Source: Auanema rhodensis
Lineage: Eukaryota > Animalia > Nematoda
NCBI GenBank assembly: GCA_964057225.1
Contig: OZ059900.1
Location: 2,480,001-2,544,000, forward strand
Direction: 5' to 3'
Length of the DNA: 64,000 bases
The position numbers and the translations under genes were made by a program. Below are positions 28,330 to 40,899 of this stretch, piece after piece. Each line of letters opens with the position of its first letter. Positions within the stretch are counted from its first letter, which is position 1. The notes under the pieces were generated by a model. The model was not told where the DNA came from. It made no database searches and saw nothing but the letters and a program-made list of their open reading frames with translations.

Positions 28330-31300
28330 CTACACTAAGTATGGTCGTTTTTATGCCTTTAACACCATATACTCACCGATTTTTGGTACAAAATCTGTAA
28401 TACTCGTAAATTTTGATCATATTCGTTAAGATTTGAGAATCAAACATACAATACACAAAATCAGTCTATTTTTATGAGCTTGCACTGATATATATTCATT
28501 TTGATCAAAAAAGGTCGAAAATAGAAAGAATTTTTGAAATTTCCGAGTTTTGAGTCTAATTTGGCTAAATCGCTCATATATATGATCAAAAGCATAGTTT
28601 TATTGTCTATAACAACAAAAGTCATCAATTAAACGCTAGTGATGTTTAAATACTGAATTTCGCTCAAGTAGCATTACTACACTAAGTATGGTCGTTTTTA
28701 TGCCTTTAACACCATATACTCACCGATTTTTGGTACAAAATCTGTAATACTCGTAAAATTTGATCATATTTGTTAAGATTTGAGAATCAAACACACAATA
28801 CACAAAATCAGTCTATTTTTATGAGTTTACACTGATATATATTCATTTTCATCAAAAAAGGTCGAAAATAGAAAGAATTTTTGAATTTTCCGAGTTTTGA
28901 GTCGAATTGGGCTAAATCGCTCATATATATGATCAAAAGCATAGTTTTACTGTCTATGATAACAAAAGTCTTCAAATATACACTAATAATGATTAAATCA
29001 CTGAATTTCACTCAAATAGCATTACTACACTAAGTATGGTCGTTTTTATGCCTTTAACACCATATACTCACCGATTTTTGGTACAAAATCTGTAATACTT
29101 GTAAATTTTGATCATATTTGTTAAGATTCGAGAATCAAACACATAATACACAAAATAAGTCTATTTTTACAAGTTTGCACTGATATTTATTCATTTTGAT
29201 CAAAAAAGGTCGAAAATAGAAAGAATTTTTGAAATTTCCGAGTTTTGAGTCGAATTGGGCTAAATCGCTCATATATATGATCAAAAGCATAGTTTTACTG
29301 TCTATGATAACAAAAGTCTTCAAATATACACTAATAATGATTAAATCACTGAATTTCACTCAAATAGCATTACTACACTAAGTATGGTCGTTTTTATGCC
29401 TTTAACACCATATACTCACCGATTTTTGGTACAAAATCTGTAATACTTGTAAATTTTGATCATATTTGTTAAGATTCGAGAATCAAACACATAATACACA
29501 AAATAAGTCTATTTTTACAAGTTTGCACTGATATTTATTCATTTTGATCAAAAAAGGTCGAAAATAGAAAGAATTTTTGAAATTTCCGAGTTTTGAGTCC
29601 AATTTGGCTAAATCGCTCATATATATGATCAAAAGCATAGTTTTATTGTCTATAACAACAAAAGTCATCAATTAAACGCTAGTGATGTTTAAATACTGAA
29701 CTTCGCTCAAATAGCATTACTACACTAAGTATGGTCGTTTTTATGCCTTTAACACCATATACTCACCGATTTTTGGTACAAAATCTGTAATACTCGTAAA
29801 TTTTGATCATATTCGTTAAGATTTGAGAATCAAACATACAATACACAAAATCAGTCTATTTTTATGAGCTTGCACTGATATATATTCATTTTGATCAAAA
29901 AAGGTCGAAAATAGAAAGAATTTTTGAAATTTCCGAGTTTTGAGTCTAATTTGGCTAAATCGCTCATTTATATGATCAAAAGCATAGTTTTAATGTCTAT
30001 GACAACAAAAGTCATCAATTAAACGCTAGTGATGTTTAAATACTGAACTTCGCTCAAATAGCATTACTACACTAAGTATGGTCGTTTTTATGCCTTTAAC
30101 ACCATATACTCACCGATTTTTGGTACAAAATCTGTAATACTCGTAAATTTTGATCATATTCGTTAAGATTTGAGAATCAAACATACAATACACAAAATCA
30201 GTCTATTTTTATGAGCTTGCACTGATATATATTCATTTTGATCAAAAAAGGTCGAAAATAGAAAGAATTTTTGAAATTTCCGAGTTTTGAGTCTAATTTG
30301 GCTAAATCGCTCATATATATGATCAAAAGCATAGTTTTATTGTCTATAACAACAAAAGTCATCAATTAAACGCTAGTGATGTTTAAATACTGAATTTCGC
30401 TCAAGTAGCATTACTACACTAAGTATGGTCGTTTTTATGCCTTTAACACCATATACTCACCGATTTTTGGTACAAAATCTGTAATACTCGTAAAATTTGA
30501 TCATATTTGTTAAGATTTGAGAATCAAACACACAATACACAAAATCAGTCTATTTTTATGAGTTTACACTGATATATATTCATTTTCATCAAAAAAGGTC
30601 GAAAATAGAAAGAATTTTTGAATTTTCCGAGTTTTGAGTCGAATTGGGCTAAATCGCTCATATATATGATCAAAAGCATAGTTTTACTGTCTATGATAAC
30701 AAAAGTCTTCAAATATACACTAATAATGATTAAATCACTGAATTTCACTCAAATAGCATTACTACACTAAGTATGGTCGTTTTTATGCCTTTAACACCAT
30801 ATACTCACCGATTTTTGGTACAAAATCTGTAATACTTGTAAATTTTGATCATATTTGTTAAGATTCGAGAATCAAACACATAATACACAAAATAAGTCTA
30901 TTTTTACAAGTTTGCACTGATATTTATTCATTTTGATCAAAAAAGGTCGAAAATAGAAAGAATTTTTGAAATTTCCGAGTTTTGAGTCGAATTGGGCTAA
31001 ATCGCTCATATATATGATCAAAAGCATAGTTTTACTGTCTATGATAACAAAAGTCTTCAAATATACACTAATAATGATTAAATCACTGAATTTCACTCAA
31101 ATAGCATTACTACACTAAGTATGGTCGTTTTTATGCCTTTAACACCATATACTCACCGATTTTTGGTACAAAATCTGTAATACTTGTAAATTTTGATCAT
31201 ATTTGTTAAGATTCGAGAATCAAACACATAATACACAAAATAAGTCTATTTTTACAAGTTTGCACTGATATTTATTCATTTTGATCAAAAAAGGTCGAAA

Positions 31301-31800
31301 ATAGAAAGAATTTTTGAAATTTCCGAGTTTTGAGTCCAATTTGGCTAAATCGCTCATATATATGATCAAAAGCATAGTTTTATTGTCTATAACAACAAAA
31401 GTCATCAATTAAACGCTAGTGATGTTTAAATACTGAACTTCGCTCAAATAGCATTACTACACTAAGTATGGTCGTTTTTATGCCTTTAACACCATATACT
31501 CACCGATTTTTGGTACAAAATCTGTAATACTCGTAAATTTTGATCATATTCGTTAAGATTTGAGAATCAAACATACAATACACAAAATCAGTCTATTTTT
31601 ATGAGCTTGCACTGATATATATTCATTTTGATCAAAAAAGGTCGAAAATAGAAAGAATTTTTGAAATTTCCGAGTTTTGAGTCTAATTTGGCTAAATCGC
31701 TCATATATATGATCAAAAGCATAGTTTTATTGTCTATAACAACAAAAGTCATCAATTAAACGCTAGTGATGTTTAAATACTGAATTTCGCTCAAGTAGCA
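28330..31800 (+). repeat. Local 5-monomer repeat (1737 bp) x2, approximate ends
   Basis: ORF triplet 28808/29135/29483 recurs at 30545/30872/31220 (+1737). Confidence 0.8.
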
Positions 31801-33920
31801 TTACTACACTAAGTATGGTCGTTTTTATGCCTTTAACACCATATACTCACCGATTTTTGGTACAAAATCTGTAATACTCGTAAAATTTGATCATATTTGT
31901 TAAGATTTGAGAATCAAACACACAATACACAAAATCAGTCTATTTTTGTGAGTTTACACTGATATATATTCATTTCCATCAAAAAAGGTCGAAAATAGAA
32001 AGAATTTTTGAATTTTCCGAGTTTTGAGTCGAATTGGGCTAAATCGCTCATATATATGATCAAAAGCATAGTTTTACTGTCTATGATAACAAAAGTCTTC
32101 AAATATACACTAATAATGATTAAATCACTGAATTTCACTCAAATAGCATTACTACACTAAGTATGGTCGTTTTTATGCCTTTAACACCATATACTCACCG
32201 ATTTTTGGTACAAAATCTGTAATACTTGTAAATTTTGAACTTATTTGTTAAGATTCGAGAATCAAACACATAATACACAAAATAAGTCTATTTTTACAAG
32301 TTTGCACTGATATTTATTCATTTTGATCAAAAAAGGTCGAAAATAGAAAGAATTTTTGAAATTTCCGAGTTTTGAGTCCAATTTGGCTAAATCGCTCATA
32401 TATATGATCAAAAGCATAGTTTTATTGTCTATAACAACAAAAGTCATCAATTAAACGCTAGTGATGTTTAAATACTGAATTTCGCTCAAATAGCATTACT
32501 ACACTAAGTATGGTCGTTTTTATGCCTTTAACACCATATACTCACCGATTTTTGGTACAAAATCTGTAATACTCGTAAATTTTGATCATATTCGTTAAGA
32601 TTTGAGAATCAAACATACAATACACAAAATCAGTCTATTTTTATGAGCTTGCACTGATATATATTCATTTTGATCAAAAAAGGTCGAAAATAGAAAGAAT
32701 TTTTGAAATTTCCGAGTTTTGAGTCTAATTTGGCTAAATCGCTCATATATATGATCAAAAGCATAGTTTTATTGTCTATGACAACAAAAGTCATCAATTA
32801 AACGCTAGTGATGTTTAAATACTGAATTTCGCTCAAATAGCATTACTACACTAAGTATGGTCGTTTTTATGCCTTTAACACCATATACTCACCGATTTTT
32901 GGTACAAAATCTGTAATACTCGTAAATTTTGATCATATTCGGTGAGATTCGAGAATCAAACACACAATACACGAAATAAGTTTATTTTGACGAGTTTGCA
33001 CTGGTATTTATTCATTTTGATCAAAAAAGGTCGAAAATAGAAAGAATTTTTGAATTTTCCGAGTTTTGAGTCCAATTTGGCTAAATCGCTCATATATATG
33101 ATCAAAAGCATAGTTTTACTGTCTATGATAACAAAAGTCTTCAAATATACACTAATAATGATTGAATCACTGAATTTCACTCAAATAGCATTACTACACT
33201 AAGTATGGTCGTTTTTATGCCTTTAACACCATATACTCACCGATTTTTGGTACAAAATCTGTGATACTCGTAAATTTTGATCATATTTGGTGAGATTCGA
33301 GAATCGAACACACAATACACAAAATAAGTCTATTTTTACGAGTTTGCACTGATATTTATTCATTTTGATCAAAAAAGGTCGAAAATAGAAAGAATTTTTG
33401 AAATTTCCGAGTTTTGAGTCTAATTTGGCTAAATCGCTCATATATATGATCAAAAGCATAGTTTTACTGTCTATGATAACAAAAGTCTTCAAATATACAC
33501 TAATAATGTGTAAATCACTGAATTTCACTCAAATAGCTTTACTACACTAAGTATGGTCGTTTTTATGCCTTTAACACCATATACTCACCGATTTTTGGTA
33601 CAAAATCTGTAATACTCGTAAATTTTGATCATATTCGTTAAGATTCGAGAATCAAACACACAATACACAAAATAAGTTTATTTTTACGAGTTTGCACTGA
33701 TATTTATTCATTTTGATCAAAAAAGGTCGAAAATAGAAAGAATTTTTGAATTTTCCGAGTTTTGAGTCCAATTGGGCTAAATCGCTCATATATATGATCA
33801 AACGCATAGTTTCACTGTCTATGATAACAAAAGTCTTCAAATATACACTAGTAATGATTAAATCACTGAATTTCACTCGAATAGCTTTACTACACTAAGT
33901 ATGGTCGTTTTTATGCCTTT
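30400..33920 (+). repeat. Third, slightly diverged copy of the roughly 10-monomer block at about 5730-9250 (offset 24,674 bp = 71 monomers), approximate ends
   Basis: ORFs 5871, 6198, 6546, 7261, 7588, 8282, 8549 and 8978 map to 30545, 30872, 31220, 31935, 32262, 32956, 33223 and 33652. This copy lacks the 6450/18265 SNP. Confidence 0.85.
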
Positions 33921-35500
33921 AACACCATATACTCACCGATTTTTGGTACAAAATCTGTAATACTCGTAAATTTTGATCATAACCGTTAAGATTCGAGAAT
34001 CAAACACACAATACACGAAATAAGTTTATTTTTACGAGTTTGCACTGATATTTATTCATTTTGATCAAAAAAGGTCGAAAATAGAAAGAATTTTTGAATT
34101 TTCCGAGTTTTGAGTCCAATTGGGCTAAATCGCTCATATATATGATCAAAAGCATAGTTTCACTGTCTATGATAACAAAAGTCTTCAAATATACACTAGT
34201 AATTATTAAATCACTGAATTTCACTCAAATAGCATTACTACACTAAGTATGGTCGTTTTTATGCCTTTAACACCATATACTCACCGATTTTTGGTACAAA
34301 ATCTGTAATACTTGTAAATTTTGATCATATTCGTTAAGATTTGAGAATCAAACACATAATACACGAAATAAGTCTTTTTTTACAAGTTTGCACTGATATT
34401 TATTCATTTTGATCAAAAAAGGTCGAAAATAGAAAGAATTTTTGAAATTTCCGAGTTTTGAGTCTAATTTGGCTAAATCGCTCATATATATGATCAAAAG
34501 CATAGTTTTACTGTCTATGATAACAAAAGTCTTCAAATATACACTAATAATGTGTAAATCACTGAATTTCACTCAAATAGCTTTACTACACTAAGTATGG
34601 TCGTTTTTATGCCTTTAACACCATATACTCACCGATTTTTGGTACAAAATCTGTAATACTCGTAAATTTTGATCATATTCGTTAAGATTCGAGAATCAAA
34701 CACACAATACACAAAATAAGTTTATTTTTACGAGTTTGCACTGATATTTATTCATTTTGATCAAAAAAGGTCGAAAATAGAAAGAATTTTTGAATTTTCC
34801 GAGTTTTGAGTCCAATTGGGCTAAATCGCTCATATATATGATCAAACGCATAGTTTCACTGTCTATGATAACAAAAGTCTTCAAATATACACTAGTAATG
34901 ATTAAATCACTGAATTTCACTCGAATAGCTTTACTACACTAAGTATGGTCGTTTTTATGCCTTTAACACCATATACTCACCGATTTTTGGTACAAAATCT
35001 GTAATACTCGTAAATTTTGATCATAACCGTTAAGATTCGAGAATCAAACACACAATACACGAAATAAGTTTATTTTTACGAGTTTGCACTGATATTTATT
35101 CATTTTGATCAAAAAAGGTCGAAAATAGAAAGATTTTTTGAATTTTCCGAGTTTTGAGTCCAATTGGGCTAAATCGCTCATATATATGATCAAAAGCATA
35201 GTTTCACTGTCTATGATAACAAAAGTCTTCAAATATACACTAGTAATTATTAAATCACTGAATTTCACTCAAATAGCATTACTACACTAAGTATGGTCGT
35301 TTTTATGCCTTTAACACCATATACTCACCGATTTTTGGTACAAAATCTGTAATACTTGTAAATTTTGATCATATTCGTTAAGATTTGAGAATCAAACACA
35401 TAATACACGAAATAAGTCTTTTTTTACAAGTTTGCACTGATATTTATTCATTTTGATCAAAAAAGGTCGAAAATAGAAAGAATTTTTGAAATTTCCGAGT
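33350..35500 (+). repeat. Tandem duplication of three 348-bp monomers (1044 bp) x2, approximate ends
   Basis: Private SNPs are paired at +1044: ATCAAACGCATAG (33803/34847), GATCATAACCG (33982/35026) and TAATTATTAAA (34204/35248). Confidence 0.9.
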
Positions 35501-35627
35501 TTTGAGTCCAATTTGGCTAAATCGCTCATATATATGATCAAAAGCATAGTTCTATTGTCTATAACAACAAAAGTCTTTAATTAAACGCTAGTGATGTTTT
35601 AATACTGAATTTTGCTCAAATAGCATT

Positions 35628-35975
35628 ACTACATTAAGTATGGTCGTTTTTATGCCTTTAACACCATATACTCACCGATTTTTGGTACAAAATCTGTAAT
35701 ACTTGTAAATTTTGATCATATTCGTTAAGATTCGAAAATCAAACACACAATACACGAAATAAGTTTATTTTTACAAGTTTGCACTGATATTTATTCATTT
35801 TGATCAAAAAAGGTCGAAAATAGAAAGAATTTTTGAAATTTCCGAGTTTTGAGTCTAATTTGGCTAAATCGCTCATATATATGATCAGAAGCATAGGTGT
35901 ATTGTCTATGACAACAAAAGTCATTAATTAAACACTAATGATGTTTAAGTCACTAAATTTCGCTCTAATAGCATT
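35628..35975 (+). repeat. First type C monomer (348 bp; tail ATAGGTGTATTG...GTCATTAATTAAACACTAATGATG...CACTAAATTTCGCTCTAATAG)
   Basis: Other copies are at 44313, 46400, 48832, 52307, 55784 and 61693. All but 52307 are followed by the TTTATACCTTCAAC variant of the conserved block. None seen left of 35.6 kb. Confidence 0.9.
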
Positions 35976-38900
35976 ACTACACTAAGTATGGTCGTTTTTA
36001 TACCTTCAACACCATATACTCACCGATTTTTGGTACAAAATCTGTGATACTCGTAAATTTTGATCATATTCGTTAAGATTTGAGAATCAAACACACAATA
36101 CACAATATCAGTCTATTTTTATGAGCTTGCACTGATATATATTCATTTTGATCAAAAAAGGTCGAAAACAGAGAGAATTTTTGAAATTTCCGAGTTTTGA
36201 GTCTAATTTGGCTAAATCGCTCATTTATATGATCAAAAGCATAGTTTTATTGTCTATGACAACAAAAGTCATCAATTAAACGCTAGTGATGTTTAAATAC
36301 TGATTTTCGCTCAAATAGCATTACTACACTAAGTATGGTCGTTTTTATGCCTTTAACACCATATACTCACCGATTTTTGGTACAAAATCTGTAATACTTG
36401 TAAATTTTGATCATATTCGTTAAGATTCGAGAATCAAACACATAATACACGAAATAAGTCTAGTTTTACAAGTTTGCACTGATATTTATTCATTTTGATC
36501 AAAAAAGGTCGAAAATAGAAAGAATTTTTGAAATTTCCGAGTTTTGAGTCCAATTTGGCTAAATCGCTCATATATAAGATCAAAAGCATAGTTTTATTGT
36601 CTATAACAACAAAAGTCATCAATTAAACGCTAGTGATATTTAAATACTGATTTTCGCTCAAGTAGCATTACTACACTAAGTATGGTCGTTTTTATGCCTT
36701 TAACACCATATACTCACCGATTTTTGGTACAAAATCTGTAATACTTGTAAATTTTGATCATATTTGTTAAGATTTGAGAATCGAACATACAATACACAAA
36801 ATCAGTCTATTTTTATGAGCTTGCACTGATATATATTCATTTTCATCAAAAAAGGTCGAAAATAGAAAGAATTTTTGAAATTTCCGAGTTTTGAGTCTAA
36901 TTTGGCTAAATCGCTCATATATATGATCAGAAGCATAGTTTTATTGTCTATGACAACAAAAATCATCAATTAAACGCTAGTGATGTTTAAATACTGATTT
37001 TCGCTCAAATAGCATTACTACACTAAGTATGGTCGTTTTTATGCCTTTAACACCATATACTCACCGATTTTTGGTACAAAATCTGTAATACTTGTAAATT
37101 TTGATCATATTCGTTAAGATTCGAGAATCAAACACATAATACACGAAATAAGTCTAGTTTTACAAGTTTGCACTGATATTTATTCATTTTGATCAAAAAA
37201 GGTCGAAAATAGAAAGAATTTTTGAAATTTCCGAGTTTTGAGTCTAAGTTGGCTAAATCGCTCATATATATGATCAGAAGCATAGTTTTATTGTCTATGA
37301 CAACAAAAATCATCAATTAAACGCTAGTGATGTTTAAATACTGATTTTCGCTCAAATAGCATTACTACACTAAGTATGGTCGTTTTTATGCCTTTAACAC
37401 CATATACTCACCGATTTTTGGTACAAAATCTGTAATACTCGTAAAATTTGATCATATTTGTTAAGTTTTGAGAATCAAACACACAATACACAAAATCAGT
37501 CTATTTTTATGAGTTTACACTGATATATATTCATTTTCATCAAAAAAGGTCGAAAATAGAAAGAATTTTTGAATTTTCCGAGTTTTGAGTCGAATTGGGC
37601 TAAATCGCTCATATATATGATCAAAAGCATAGTTTTACTGTCTATGATAACAAAAGTCTTCAAATATACACTAATAATGATTAAATCACTGAATTTCACT
37701 CAAATAGCATTACTACACTAAGTATGGTCGTTTTTATGCCTTTAACACCATATACTCACCGATTTTTGGTACAAAATCTGTAATACTTGTAAATTTTGAT
37801 CATATTTGTTAAGATTCGAGAATCAAACACATAATACACAAAATAAGTCTATTTTTACAAGTTTGCACTGATATTTATTCATTTTGATCAAAAAAGGTCG
37901 AAAATAGAAAGAATTTTTGAAATTTCCGAGTTTTGAGTCCAATTTGGCTAAATCGCTCATATATATGATCAAAAGCATAGTTTTATTGTCTATAACAACA
38001 AAAGTCATCAATTAAACGCTAGTGATGTTTAAATACTGAATTTCGCTCAAATAGCATGACTACACTAAGTATGGTCGTTTTTATGCCTTTAACACCATAT
38101 ACTCACCGATTTTTGGTACAAAATCTGTAATACTCGTAAATTTTGATCATATTCGTTAAGATTTGAGAATCAAACATACAATACACAAAATCAGTCTATT
38201 TTTATGAGCTTGCACTGATATATATTCATTTTGATCAAAAAAGGTCGAAAATAGAAAGAATTTTTGAAATTTCCGAGTTTTGAGTCTAATTTGGCTAAAT
38301 CGCTCATATATATGATCAAAAGCATAGTTTTATTGTCTATGACAACAAAAGTCATCAATTAAACGCTAGTGATGTTTAAATACTGAATTTCGCTCAAATA
38401 GCATTACTACACTAAGTATGGTCGTTTTTATGCCTTTAACACCATATACTCACCGATTTTTGGTACAAAATCTGTAATACTCGTAAATTTTGTTCATATT
38501 CGGTGAGATTCGAGAATCAAACACACAATACACGAAATAAGTTCATTTTGACGAGTTTGCACTGGTATTTATTCATTTTGATCAAAAAAGGTCGAAAATA
38601 GAAAGAATTTTTGAATTTTCCGAGTTTTGAGTCCAATTGGGCTAAATCGCTCATATATATGATCAAAAGCATAGTTTTATTGTCTATAACAACAAAAGTC
38701 ATCAATTAAACGCTAGTGATGTTTAAATACTGAATTTCGCTCAAATAGCATTACTACACTAAGTATGGTCGTTTTTATGCCTTTAACACCATATACTCAC
38801 CGATTTTTGGTACAAAATCTGTAATACTCGTAAATTTTGATCATATTCGTTAAGATTTGAGAATCAAACATACAATACACAAAATCAGTCTATTTTTATG

Positions 38901-40899
38901 AGCTTGCACTGATATATATTCATTTTGATCAAAAAAGGTCGAAAATAGAAAGAATTTTTGAAATTTCCGAGTTTTGAGTCTAATTTGGCTAAATCGCTCA
39001 TATATATGATCAAAAGCATAGTTTTATTGTCTATGACAACAAAAGTCATCAATTAAACGCTAGTGATGTTTAAATACTGAATTTCGCTCAAATAGCATTA
39101 CTACACTAAGTATGGTCGTTTTTATGCCTTTAACACCATATACTCACCGATTTTTGGTACAAAATCTGTAATACTCGTAAATTTTGATCATATTCGGTGA
39201 GATTCGAGAATCAAACACACAATACACGAAATAAGTTTATTTTGACGAGTTTGCACTGGTATTTTTTCATTTTGATCAAAAAAGGTCGAAAATAGAAAGA
39301 ATTTTTGAATTTTCCGAGTTTTGAGTCCAATTGGGCTAAATCGCTCATATATATGATCAAAAGCATAGTTTTACTGTCTATGATAACAAAAGTCCTCAAA
39401 TATACACTAATAATGATTGAATCACTGAATTTCACTCAAATAGCATTACTACACTAAGTATGGTCGTTTTTATGCGTTTAACACCATATACTCACCGATT
39501 TTTGGTACAAAATCTGTAATACTCGTAAATTTTGATCATATTCGTTAAGATTTGAGAATCAAACATACAATACACAAAATCAGTCTATTTTTATGAGCTT
39601 GCACTGATATATATTCATTTTGATCAAAAAAGGTCGAAAATAGAAAGAATTTTTGAAATTTCCGAGTTTTGAGTCTAATTTGGCTAAATCGCTCATATAT
39701 ATGATCAAAAGCATAGTTTTATTGTCTATAACAACAAAAGTCATCAATTAAACGCTAGTGATGTTTAAATACTGAATTTCGCTCAAATAGCATTACTACA
39801 CTAAGTATGGTCGTTTTTATGCCTTTAACACCATATACTCACCGATTTTTGGTACAAAATCTGTAATACTCGTAAATTTTGATCATATTCGTTAAGATTT
39901 GAGAATCAAACATACAATACACAAAATCAGTCTATTTTTATGAGCTTGCACTGATATATATTCATTTTGATCAAAAAAGGTCGAAAATAGAAAGAATTTT
40001 TGAAATTTCCGAGTTTTGAGTCTAATTTGGCTAAATCGCTCATATATATGATCAAAAGCATAGTTTTATTGTCTATGACAACAAAAGTCATCAATTAAAC
40101 GCTAGTGATGTTTAAATACTGAATTTCGCTCAAATAGCATTACTACACTAAGTATGGTCGTTTTTATGCCTTTAACACCATATACTCACCGATTTTTGGT
40201 ACAAAATCTGTAATACTCGTAAATTTTGTTCATATTCGGTGAGATTCGAGAATCAAACACACAATACACGAAATAAGTTTATTTTGACGAGTTTGCACTG
40301 GTATTTATTCATTTTGATCAAAAAAGGTCGAAAATAGAAAGAATTTTTGAATTTTCCGAGTTTTGAGTCCAATTGGGCTAAATCGCTCATATATATGATC
40401 AAAAGCATAGTTTTATTGTCTATAACAACAAAAGTCATCAATTAAACGCTAGTGATGTTTAAATACTGAATTTCGCTCAAATAGCATTACTACACTAAGT
40501 ATGGTCGTTTTTATGCCTTTAACACCATATACTCACCGATTTTTGGTACAAAATCTGTAATACTCGTAAATTTTGATCATATTCGTTAAGATTTGAGAAT
40601 CAAACATACAATACACAAAATCAGTCTATTTTTATGAGCTTGCACTGATATATATTCATTTTGATCAAAAAAGGTCGAAAATAGAAAGAATTTTTGAAAT
40701 TTCCGAGTTTTGAGTCTAATTTGGCTAAATCGCTCATATATATGATCAAAAGCATAGTTTTATTGTCTATGACAACAAAAGTCATCAATTAAACGCTAGT
40801 GATGTTTAAATACTGAATTTCGCTCAAATAGCATTACTACACTAAGTATGGTCGTTTTTATGCGTTTAACACCATATACTCACCGATTTTTGGTACAAA

